From Methanomassiliicoccus sp. UBA6 (GTDB lineage: Archaea > Thermoplasmatota > Thermoplasmata > Methanomassiliicoccales > Methanomassiliicoccaceae), in the NCBI GenBank assembly GCA_002508545.1, contig DAVH01000062.1, positions 559-64,558 on the forward strand: a stretch of 64,000 bases of DNA, written 5' to 3'. The translations under genes were made by a program, and so were the position numbers. The first letter of the stretch is position 1. Every line of letters begins with the position of its first letter. Shown piece after piece: positions 57,201 through 64,000 of this stretch. Below the pieces are notes generated by a model, which saw nothing but the letters and a program-made list of their open reading frames with translations, had not been told where the DNA came from and made no database searches.

Positions 57201-58677
57201 CCGGTTCTACGGCGGCCGCCTTATCACCTTCCCTTCGGCGGCGGTCGACCGCGACGGGCTGGGCGTCTCGTTCGTCCATGTTCCCGAAGGGGTGTACGAC
57301 CGAGCCCGCAGCAGGAGGAACGCCAAAGAGGCGGAGCGAGTCGCCGAGCTGGTGTTCGAGCACCTGACCCGCAGGAACGGGGAGTCGCTGGGCGTGGTGG
57401 CGTTCAGCGAGGCCCAGCAGATGGCCATCATCGAGGAGCTGGAGAAGATCACGGCCCGGAGACCCGAGCTCATCCCGATGCTCAGCGATGAGGGCGAGGA
57501 GGGCTTCTTCGTCAAGAACCTCGAGAACGTGCAGGGGGACGAGCGCGATGTGATGATCTTCTCGGTCGGCTACGGCCGCGACGCTCAAGGAAAGATGTAC
57601 CAGAACTTCGGTCCGCTGAACAAGGCGGGAGGGGAGCGGAGGCTGAACGTCGCGATCACCAGGGCCAAGATGCACGTGAAGCTCGTGGCTTCCATCGGGG
57701 CCGAGGACATCGAGGGCGCCTCGAGCGCGGGAGCCCGGCTCCTGAGGGACTACCTGGCATATGCGGCCAGCGGGGGGAGCCGCGAGGCGCTGCAGGACGG
57801 GAAGGAGAGAAGGTACCAGCCGGAGGCGGACTCGCCCCTGGAGGATGAGATCTATAAGGTGCTCACCGCCGAGGGGCTCAGGCTGCAGAGGCGGGTCGGC
57901 TGCTCCGGATACCGCATCGACCTGGCGGTGGAGGACCCGGCCCGTCCGGGCTCCTTCCTGCTGGGGATCGAGTGTGACGGCGCCTCCTACCGCTCCGGCA
58001 GGACCGCCAGGGACCGCGACCGCACCCGGGAGGCCGTCCTCCGGGGGCTGAGGTGGAAGCTCCACCGCATCTGGTCTTGGGACTGGATTACCGACCGAGA
58101 CAAGGAGGTGGAGAAGGTCAAGAGGGCCCTCGCCTCCGCCGGAGCGCCCGAAGATGTTAGCGCTCCCGCCGAACAGGGCGCCGCGGCCGACGGCCCGGGG
58201 AGGCTGGAGAAGGAGAGCTTCAGGCCGGCCTTGCTGGACCTCGTCCGAAGCCATGGGCCGGTGCACCAGGACGTGGCGAGGGATATGCTCGACGACCACG
58301 TGCATCGGCCCGAGGACGCCGACCGGGTGCTGTCGGAGCATCTCTATGCGCTTACCACGAACGGCACGCTGGTGGTCAGGGACGGGTTCATCTGGCCGGC
58401 CGACATGACCGCCCCTCCGGTCCGCCAGCCCGCCGGCAGGGAGCCCATGGCGCTCGAGTACGTGTCCCTGGAAGAGATCGGGGAGGCCGAGCTGTATAAC
58501 ATGGGCGGGAACACGGAGATCTCGAGGGACATGCTCATCGAACGCACCGCGGCGTTCTACCGGCACGAGCGCCTGTCGGACCACGCCAGGGAGCGGCTGG
58601 AGCTCGCGCTGGACATGCTCATCGATTCCAGGCGGCTGGTGCCCCACGGCAAGGGCCTGCTGCGCAGGGCCAGATAA
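54205..58677 (+). CDS. DUF4011 - SF1 (UPF1-like) helicase - Vsr-like/REase nuclease - DUF3320-like protein (Hhe-like)
   Basis: WRKNLVDTSLRNRLL (DUF4011), QGPPGTGKSQT, FDEASQ, VGDNKQLPP, HYRS, VQGDERD, RRLNVAITRA, YRIDLAV...GIECDG...RDRDR. Confidence 0.88.
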   Translation: MSILSVDPVEMRIERWRKNLVDTSLRNRLLDVKESRLGCLRLTSPSPQDIYRTLVEAKGCFDVEIGPNGSASFSRRDAGPVHPGERAKSDRSLMLMRTKAREAMREQGVNILFLTLGVLEWSGEGTQGLKVRSPLILIPVELTRSSPLDSYTLKAAGEPTGNPTLAHKLRSEMALALPPLPEGALDVAGYLDSVSRAFQRLGWEVSGTSYLGLFKFPKMCMYDELGQHRAAIAAHPVVRALAGEMLEQTAGEAAEDRESYQVLDADSSQQEAVSLALSGASFVLQGPPGTGKSQTITNIIAETISRGRTVLFVSEKLAALDVVKNRLDARGLGDYCLELHDPDASRQAVMDELSRCISVPPRSEPLTPEQEELERARAELDGYAAALHCKRDGLGISFYELLSQLTTLRSAPDLPIGFPNLERLGWRDLGPLHPLVRDMERYAPILASGTEHPWSDCLVDSWKLSSQTDIVHRLSALKMAISRLREAAEQFCGSLDLEVPGSLRGVNDLIAHLRAVILTSYPEENWLASDPTPLLKLLADSRSAYQELGDRMAWLRQKYREDVLALDLHSMQKRFDVDHQSAFKRLFSMSYRRDMGTLRSLNRGDRKLTFDVAKEELNEILQISDLVTGLHALETECGARLGKHFQGENTDWEKVHSAIAWTKDYYDQYGTPRSPGIVHLLCSGPDALVGLKTKLDELQDVAMRMESAVSAVGERFILTRLAAGRTVHEIPFDELTAWAQSHMDSISRFQEWAETSRVRREANEKGLGDLLTLATQGALPSQGLWDGVRKRYLLLWHDLLLSRDRRLRDFDHEAHERTVARFAELDRRSIDHAAARARAVLDARRAGMCDLSSPEMGSALWVLKHEVSRRKNLRPIRELFSQASEPIQALKPCLLMSPLSVSTFLDPLKVKFDLVIFDEASQVRPEDAIGSIMRARQVIVVGDNKQLPPTDFFREVNDEEEDFPDLESILDECSSSMPQRMLLWHYRSRQESLISFSNRRFYGGRLITFPSAAVDRDGLGVSFVHVPEGVYDRARSRRNAKEAERVAELVFEHLTRRNGESLGVVAFSEAQQMAIIEELEKITARRPELIPMLSDEGEEGFFVKNLENVQGDERDVMIFSVGYGRDAQGKMYQNFGPLNKAGGERRLNVAITRAKMHVKLVASIGAEDIEGASSAGARLLRDYLAYAASGGSREALQDGKERRYQPEADSPLEDEIYKVLTAEGLRLQRRVGCSGYRIDLAVEDPARPGSFLLGIECDGASYRSGRTARDRDRTREAVLRGLRWKLHRIWSWDWITDRDKEVEKVKRALASAGAPEDVSAPAEQGAAADGPGRLEKESFRPALLDLVRSHGPVHQDVARDMLDDHVHRPEDADRVLSEHLYALTTNGTLVVRDGFIWPADMTAPPVRQPAGREPMALEYVSLEEIGEAELYNMGGNTEISRDMLIERTAAFYRHERLSDHARERLELALDMLIDSRRLVPHGKGLLRRAR

Positions 58678-58712
58678 TCCTCGGAAGGCCAGGGAAGGCT
58701 TATCCGGGAAAG

Positions 58713-58725
58713 GAAAGTTTAATTA
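58713..58725 (+). promoter_or_regulatory. BRE/TATA promoter of the rpl18e operon
   Basis: GAAAG-TTTAATTA upstream of rpl18e. Confidence 0.6.
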
Positions 58726-58769
58726 ATACCTGCCTATTAGTGGCCTTACTCAATGTCGAGGGAGTCAGA

Positions 58770-59132
58770 ATGAAGAAGACATTAAAGACGGATCCCAACC
58801 TGGTGGCCCTCATCAGCGACCTGAAGAGGGAGTCCCGGGAGAAGGACACCGCCATCTGGCGAGACATTGCTCTGAGACTGGAGAAGCCCAGCAGGAACTG
58901 GGCCGAGGTCAACCTGAGCAAGCTGGAGAGGTACGCGAACGAGGGCGACGTCATCGTCGTCGCCGGCAAGGTACTGGGCGCCGGGATCCTCAAGAAGAAG
59001 GTCACCGTTGCCGCGTTCAAGTTCTCCGAATCCGCATCCGTTGCGATCGAGAAGGCCGGCGGGAAGAAGATGACCATCACCGAACTGGTCGCGGACAACC
59101 CGGCCGGGACCGGCATCAGGATCATGGGGTGA
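58770..59132 (+). CDS. rpl18e: 50S ribosomal protein L18e
   Basis: KTDPNL, EVNLSKL, VAGKVLGAG, VAAFKFS. Confidence 0.96.
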   Translation: MKKTLKTDPNLVALISDLKRESREKDTAIWRDIALRLEKPSRNWAEVNLSKLERYANEGDVIVVAGKVLGAGILKKKVTVAAFKFSESASVAIEKAGGKKMTITELVADNPAGTGIRIMG

Positions 59133-59137
59133 ACAAG

Positions 59138-59557
59138 ATGGCCATAGTGATCAACGCAGAGGGCCACATCCTGGGACGCCTGAGCACCAACGTCGCCAAG
59201 CGCCTCCTCAACGGAGAGGATGTGATCATTGTCAACGCCGAGAAGGCGATCATCACCGGCAACCGGGACGTCGTGTTCGACAACTACCGGGCCAAGTACA
59301 AGAGGGGCAAGCAGATCAACGGGCCTTTCTTCCCCAAGAGGGCCGATCTGATACTAAAGAGGACCGTGCGCGGCATGATCCCCTTCAAGTCCTCCCACGG
59401 CAGGGAGGTCTACAGGCACCTCAAGGTGTTCGTCGGCGTGCCGAAGGACATGGAAGCCGCCAAGATGGAAAAGGTGGAGAACGCTACGAACCTGTGGACC
59501 GACAAGTACGTCACCCTGGGCGAAGTGGCCGAGCACCTGGGATCGAGGCTGAGGTGA
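59138..59557 (+). CDS. rpl13: 50S ribosomal protein L13
   Basis: ILGRLS, VNAEKAIITG, RTVRGMIP. Confidence 0.96.
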   Translation: MAIVINAEGHILGRLSTNVAKRLLNGEDVIIVNAEKAIITGNRDVVFDNYRAKYKRGKQINGPFFPKRADLILKRTVRGMIPFKSSHGREVYRHLKVFVGVPKDMEAAKMEKVENATNLWTDKYVTLGEVAEHLGSRLR

Positions 59558-59562
59558 ATTAA

Positions 59563-59964
59563 ATGGCAGAGGTATCTAACACCAGCGGCAAGAGGAAGGA
59601 GGCCGTGGCCAGGTGCGTCGTCAGCGCCGGCACCGGCAAGGTCAGGATCAACAACGTCCCGATCGAGATCTTCACCCCTGAGCTCGCACGCCTCAAGATC
59701 ATGGAGCCGATGGCCCTCGCCGGCGAGAAGGCTTCCAAGGTCGATGTGTCCGTCAATGTTGCGGGCGGAGGGTTCATGGGCCAGGCCGAGGCATCGCGCA
59801 CCGCGATCGCCAAGGGCCTGGTCGACTTCCTCAAGGACGAGGAACTGGAAAAGTTGTTCAGGGATTACGACCGCTCGCTCCTGATCAGCGACCCCCGCAG
59901 GAAGCTTCCGAAGAAGCCCCTGGGCCGTGGCGCCAGGAAGAAGAGGCAGAAGTCCTACAGGTGA
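59563..59964 (+). CDS. rps9: 30S ribosomal protein S9
   Basis: SGKRKEAVAR, GGGFMGQA, GARKKRQKSYR. Confidence 0.97.
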   Translation: MAEVSNTSGKRKEAVARCVVSAGTGKVRINNVPIEIFTPELARLKIMEPMALAGEKASKVDVSVNVAGGGFMGQAEASRTAIAKGLVDFLKDEELEKLFRDYDRSLLISDPRRKLPKKPLGRGARKKRQKSYR

Positions 59965-59970
59965 GCTGAC

Positions 59971-60162
59971 ATGATCATTCCGGTACGGTGCTTCACTTGC
60001 GGTAAGGTCATAGGGGGCGTCTACCAGACGTACCTCAAGCGGGTGCAGCTGGGGGAGGACCCCCAGCAGGTGCTCGACGACCTGGGGCTGAAGCGCTACT
60101 GCTGCCGCCGTATGATCGTCGCGCACGCCGACCTGGTGGACGAGGTCATCCCCCTCGGCTAA
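59971..60162 (+). CDS. rpoN: DNA-directed RNA polymerase subunit N (Rpo10)
   Basis: [12 protein letters not shown]...RYCCRRM. Confidence 0.97.
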   Translation: MIIPVRCFTCGKVIGGVYQTYLKRVQLGEDPQQVLDDLGLKRYCCRRMIVAHADLVDEVIPLG

Positions 60163-60200
60163 ACCTTAATAAACCTCTTCGCTTTAACCCCTTTATCCAC

Positions 60201-60276
60201 GGGTCTGTGGGGTAGCTTGGTATCCTTCCAGCTTGGGGTGCTGGTGACTCCGATTCAAATTCGGACAGACCCACCA
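60201..60276 (+). tRNA. tRNA-Pro(GGG), CCA encoded
   Basis: GGGTCTGTGGGGTAGCTTGGTATCCTTCCAGCTTGGGGTGCTGGTGACTCCGATTCAAATTCGGACAGACCCACCA; TTAATAAA upstream. Confidence 0.94.
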
Positions 60277-60411
60277 ATTTTCCCATTATTCTGCAGTTTC
60301 GGTCATCAAATGCTAGCCCGCCTGCGTTTCAATACGCTCCCCTATTGAATCGGGGCTTGGTGAGGCCGCCACTAAAAAAGGGAAAGGGTTTGGGTTTGCG
60401 GGCCGGGACGC

Positions 60412-61686
60412 TTACTTCTTCTGCCGCCTCCCAGCAGCATTGGCTGCCCTCTTCTTCCGGCCGGTGATGAGCAGGTCCTTCTTGAACAGCCACACCGCCG
60501 CGGCCACGGTGATGGCGGCGAACAGCAGCTGGTAGGCGATGCCAGCGAACACCAGTCCGTAGTCGTCGAACATGAGGTTGTTCATGGCCATCATGGGGTG
60601 GGTGAAGGGTATGGCGAACAGGAGAGCCTGCAGGAAGACAGGCAGGGTGTTGAAGTCCTTCATCATGAGCACGAAGAAGGGCATCATGGCCATGAACATG
60701 ATCGGGAGGGTGAGGCTTTGGGCGGACTTGTAGTCCCGGGCCATCGCGCCCAGGAGCATGCATAGCGCCAGACCGCTCAGCACCGAGAGGAAGAGGGATA
60801 TGCCCACCAGGACATAGTCCATGGTTCCCAGGACGAGCCCGTACTTTGCCACGTCGATCACGGCGGACCCCTGCATCCCGGTCATGTAGTAGTTCATCCC
60901 CACCATGTAGATGAGGGCCATGAGCAGCCCGACCGCTGCCGCTCCCCCTAGCTTTCCCAGCACGATGTGGCTACGCTTGACCGGCATGGTCAGCAGGGTC
61001 TCCAGGGTCTTGTTCTCCTTCTCCAGGCCCATCGAGGATATGACCGTGCTGCCGGACATCATTATCATCAGCATGACCACCAGGGGCACGATGAACGACT
61101 GGGACGAGAGCATCGAGGAGATGGTGGAAGGAGAGACCCCCTCGATGGACTTTTCCTTGAAGAAGGTGGTCTCGCTCCTGATGGTCGGGGAAAGGACCAT
61201 CGATGCGTTTGAGGACGAGCCTTCTTCGATCATCACCCTGGAGATCTCGGTGTTGACCTGGACGATGATGGCGTCCACCACCGAGGAGGAGATGGAGTCC
61301 ATGATGCCCGCCCCGGACATTATCCAGTAGACGGCGATGGTCCCGGGACGTTCGCTGCTGATGTTGTCGCCGAATTCCTCGGGGATCACCAGGAGGGCGG
61401 TCCCGCTCGCCGAGGAGACCGCTTCGAGCCCCTCGTCGATGTCCGCCCCGCTGTAGACGATCTCGGTGTGATTGCTTATGGTATCCCGGGCAAGCATTGA
61501 CCAGGAGCTGTCGGTGTCCTGGACGATGAGCCCGATGCGGGGAGGCTGGGACGCTTCATCCTGCACGCCGCCGATCATCCCCCCAAGGGAGGCGAACAGC
61601 ACGGCCATGATCACCACCGGGATGATCGTGGCCACGGTCAGCAGCTCCTTGATCTCCTTGATCATGATATTGGACAGCGCCTTCAT
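60412..61686 (-). CDS. ABC-2 type exporter permease (NatB-like)
   Basis: KEIKEL, EKENKTLETLLTMPV, GKL, IPFTH; multiple TM segments. Confidence 0.9.
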   Translation of the reverse strand: MKALSNIMIKEIKELLTVATIIPVVIMAVLFASLGGMIGGVQDEASQPPRIGLIVQDTDSSWSMLARDTISNHTEIVYSGADIDEGLEAVSSASGTALLVIPEEFGDNISSERPGTIAVYWIMSGAGIMDSISSSVVDAIIVQVNTEISRVMIEEGSSSNASMVLSPTIRSETTFFKEKSIEGVSPSTISSMLSSQSFIVPLVVMLMIMMSGSTVISSMGLEKENKTLETLLTMPVKRSHIVLGKLGGAAAVGLLMALIYMVGMNYYMTGMQGSAVIDVAKYGLVLGTMDYVLVGISLFLSVLSGLALCMLLGAMARDYKSAQSLTLPIMFMAMMPFFVLMMKDFNTLPVFLQALLFAIPFTHPMMAMNNLMFDDYGLVFAGIAYQLLFAAITVAAAVWLFKKDLLITGRKKRAANAAGRRQKK

Positions 61687-62420
61687 CCGACCACCTTCAC
61701 GAAGACGTCCTCGATGTTGGCCGCATCGTACTTCTTCTTGAGGTCGGCCGGGGCCCCCATCTCCACCACCTTCCCACTATTGATGAGGGCCAGGCGGTCG
61801 CAGATGAGCTCTACCTCCAGCATATTGTGGGAGGAAACGATGAATGTGGTCCCCTCCCGGGCTATCTTCCTCACCATGCCCCGGATCTGCTGGGCGCTGA
61901 TCACGTCCAGCCCGGAGGTGAGCTCGTCTAGGATGGCCAGGCGGGGCTTGAACATGAGGGCCCGGCCGACCAGCAGGCGCCGGGTCATGCCCTTGCTGTA
62001 GGAATCGACCTTATCATCGATGCGTTCCGCGAGGTTCGAGATCTCGATGCCCCGGTCGACCATCCTTTGGACGTCATCGCCCTCGGCGAAGAACCGGCCG
62101 ATGAACTCGAGGTACTGCCTCCCGGTCAGGTTCTTGTAGGCGCCCGCTTCCTCGGGCAGGTAGCTGATGATCTTGCGAACGGCATCGACATCATTTACCA
62201 CATCGTTACCGAAGATGTTGATGCTCCCGCCGCTGATCTGAAGCAAGGTAGCCATCATCCTCATGGTGGTGGTCTTACCCGCGCCGTTGGGTCCGATGAG
62301 GCCGAATATCTCTCCCTCCTCAACGGTAAAGTTGACATCCTTCACGGCCTGGAAATCCCCGAAGCTCTTCATCAGTCCCTTGACCTCTACTGCGACCACT
62401 GACTCTTCCCTCCTGATCAC
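61683..62420 (-). CDS. ABC transporter ATP-binding protein (NatA-like)
   Basis: GPNGAGKTT, YSKGM, ILDELTSGLD, SSH; likely true start GTG 62399 after an AGGAGG RBS. Confidence 0.93.
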   Translation of the reverse strand: MIRREESVVAVEVKGLMKSFGDFQAVKDVNFTVEEGEIFGLIGPNGAGKTTTMRMMATLLQISGGSINIFGNDVVNDVDAVRKIISYLPEEAGAYKNLTGRQYLEFIGRFFAEGDDVQRMVDRGIEISNLAERIDDKVDSYSKGMTRRLLVGRALMFKPRLAILDELTSGLDVISAQQIRGMVRKIAREGTTFIVSSHNMLEVELICDRLALINSGKVVEMGAPADLKKKYDAANIEDVFVKVVG

Positions 62421-62549
62421 CTAACGGGGGAATGGGGATGTGTTGAAAAACACTTGCGGTCAGGGCGGCTATCGCCTTCATGCAGCATCGGCATCCGATG
62501 CCTGATGAGCACCGGGACGGCATGGCCTCTGCATCGTTAACGCATCGGT

Positions 62550-63356
62550 CTAGATCGACGATATGCCGTTCCGAGCATCCGCCAGGAAGCGGATGACCTC
62601 CTTCAGCACGAGGGCGGGCGCGGTGATGGCGGCGTCATGCCCCTCCCCGGGCAGGACGGATATGCGGCTGCGGGGAAGGGCCGTGCGCAGGGCCTCGGCC
62701 GCTTCTTTGTAGAATGGTAAGCTCTCTTCGCCGACCAGGAGCAGGGCCGGCACCCGCAGGCCTGCGAACCGTTCAGGCTCGAGAGCGTACTGTCTCGCAC
62801 TGATGACCTCGCGGGGGATGGTGGGCGCTGCCGAGAGCCTCGCCCCCCAGCTGGAGTGGGCCCTGAGGGCGTCCAGCTCATCGGACGGCATGCGAGCGGC
62901 CTCGTACATCATCAGGAGCGCTTTCTCCGGCTCGCCGGCGCTCAGGTACTGATGGTACCGATCGAGGATGCCGGCGGGGTACGATACCTTGACCGTGGTG
63001 TAGATCGGCGGCTCATACAGCACCATCCTTCGGATGCGGGTCGCGCGGAGAGCGGCCTCCAGGGTGCAGAGGGCCCCGTATGAATGCGCGACGATGTCCA
63101 CCGGCCCGGGGATGGAGTCGATCATGGCGGCCACGTCCTCGAACTCCCTTTGCATCGAATATCGGGCGGAATCGCCGCTCCGTCCCCGGCCGCGGCGGTC
63201 CATCGCGTACACGGAGAACCGCTGCCCCAGCTCCGGAACGATGCTGTCCCAGTAGGTGTGGTCCACCCCGGTGCCGTGGACGAGAAGGAGAGGAGGGCCT
63301 GATCCGTTTCGCTCCCACGCGATGATGGTGCCGTCCACGGATGTCGTCTGCTCCAT
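62550..63356 (-). CDS. Alpha/beta hydrolase
   Basis: LLVHGTG, DRRGRGRS, AHSYG nucleophile elbow, PGEGH. Confidence 0.9.
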   Translation of the reverse strand: MEQTTSVDGTIIAWERNGSGPPLLLVHGTGVDHTYWDSIVPELGQRFSVYAMDRRGRGRSGDSARYSMQREFEDVAAMIDSIPGPVDIVAHSYGALCTLEAALRATRIRRMVLYEPPIYTTVKVSYPAGILDRYHQYLSAGEPEKALLMMYEAARMPSDELDALRAHSSWGARLSAAPTIPREVISARQYALEPERFAGLRVPALLLVGEESLPFYKEAAEALRTALPRSRISVLPGEGHDAAITAPALVLKEVIRFLADARNGISSI

Positions 63357-63688
63357 GGTCGCGTCCCTTTCACAAGGATGGGAGCTCCTTCTACATGACC
63401 GTTGGTCAGAGGCCTCGTCCGCCGGCGGGCAGGGGACGAGTGACGATGGACGGCGCGCCCTTGGGCCCTGCTGGGGCGGGATCGGAAACGCGGTTGGACT
63501 TCCAGCTCGCAAAAGTTAAAAACCTCCTCTTCCATAATAATAACAGCATCCGAAAGCATCGTGTCCCGGCTGCGGGGCTGCCTGAACGGCGAACGAGGCT
63601 TTCTGGTGTTCAATTGCTGTTCTTCTCAGGGCCCCATCGGTGCGAGGGCATGACCCCTCGTGCGCATAGCCTCATGATAGAGCGCCCA

Positions 63689-64000
63689 TCAAGGGTGCGC
63701 CAGGAAGTAGTAGTTGGTCACGTTGTCGAACTGGTCGATGAAATCTTCCCTGTTCAGCGAGGTGCCGTCCTTCAGCCACTCTCCCATGATCGATATCTCC
63801 AGGCCGAATTGCTCGGTCAGGAGGTCATAGAGCTGCTCCGGCAGCACGTCGTAGTACTCGGCCGCGCCGCGGCCGTGCTCGAACACGATGTACGGGCGGT
63901 TGCGCTTCAGCGTCTCCTTGCCGCCCTCGAGGACGAGATATTCCGCGCCCTCGACATCGATCTTCACGAAGTCCAGGTGACGGTCCTCGGGATATAGCTC
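63689..64000 (-). CDS. FkbM-family methyltransferase (3' part; start lies outside the window)
   Basis: HLDFVKIDVEGAEYLVLEG...RPYIVFE; frame open to the window edge. Confidence 0.85.
   Translation of the reverse strand, partial: ELYPEDRHLDFVKIDVEGAEYLVLEGGKETLKRNRPYIVFEHGRGAAEYYDVLPEQLYDLLTEQFGLEISIMGEWLKDGTSLNREDFIDQFDNVTNYYFLAHP

Noticed and set aside
54217..58647. Very long minus-strand ORFs (827 aa and 621 aa), and similar long antisense ORFs elsewhere (33791-35806, 36667-38652, 42515-44092)
   Set aside because: They mirror well-supported genes on the opposite strand, as expected from high GC3 codon bias.

Overview
GC-rich archaeal chromosomal window, most likely from a Methanomassiliicoccales (Thermoplasmatota) methanogen. 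The lineage is inferred from hdrBC, a hydrogenase maturation protease, archaeal ribosomal/RNAP genes, aRF1 and PurP; it was not verified by a search. Most of the window is housekeeping: purF, pyrC, pyrH, adk, purP, argS, pheS, trpS, aRF1, rpl37e-Lsm, rps3ae, rpl18e-rpl13-rps9-rpoN and four tRNAs (Ala-GGC, intron-containing Met-CAT, Gln-CTG, Pro-GGG). The standout is a compact eukaryote-like ubiquitination cluster at 49.8-52.2 kb: an E1 (ThiF/UBA), a ubiquitin-like pro-protein ending GG|YRAPPF, a UBC-fold E2 with HPN and a catalytic Cys, and an Rpn11/CSN5-like JAMM protease, with no E3 in the window. Other notable items are a Rab-like GTPase coupled to a V4R-DUF835 protein, a stand-alone histone-H1-like Lys/Ala/Pro protein, a 1490-aa Hhe-like helicase-nuclease, an orphan archaellin-like gene, and a lower-GC islet beside tRNA-Ala. 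All family assignments come from motif recognition by eye.
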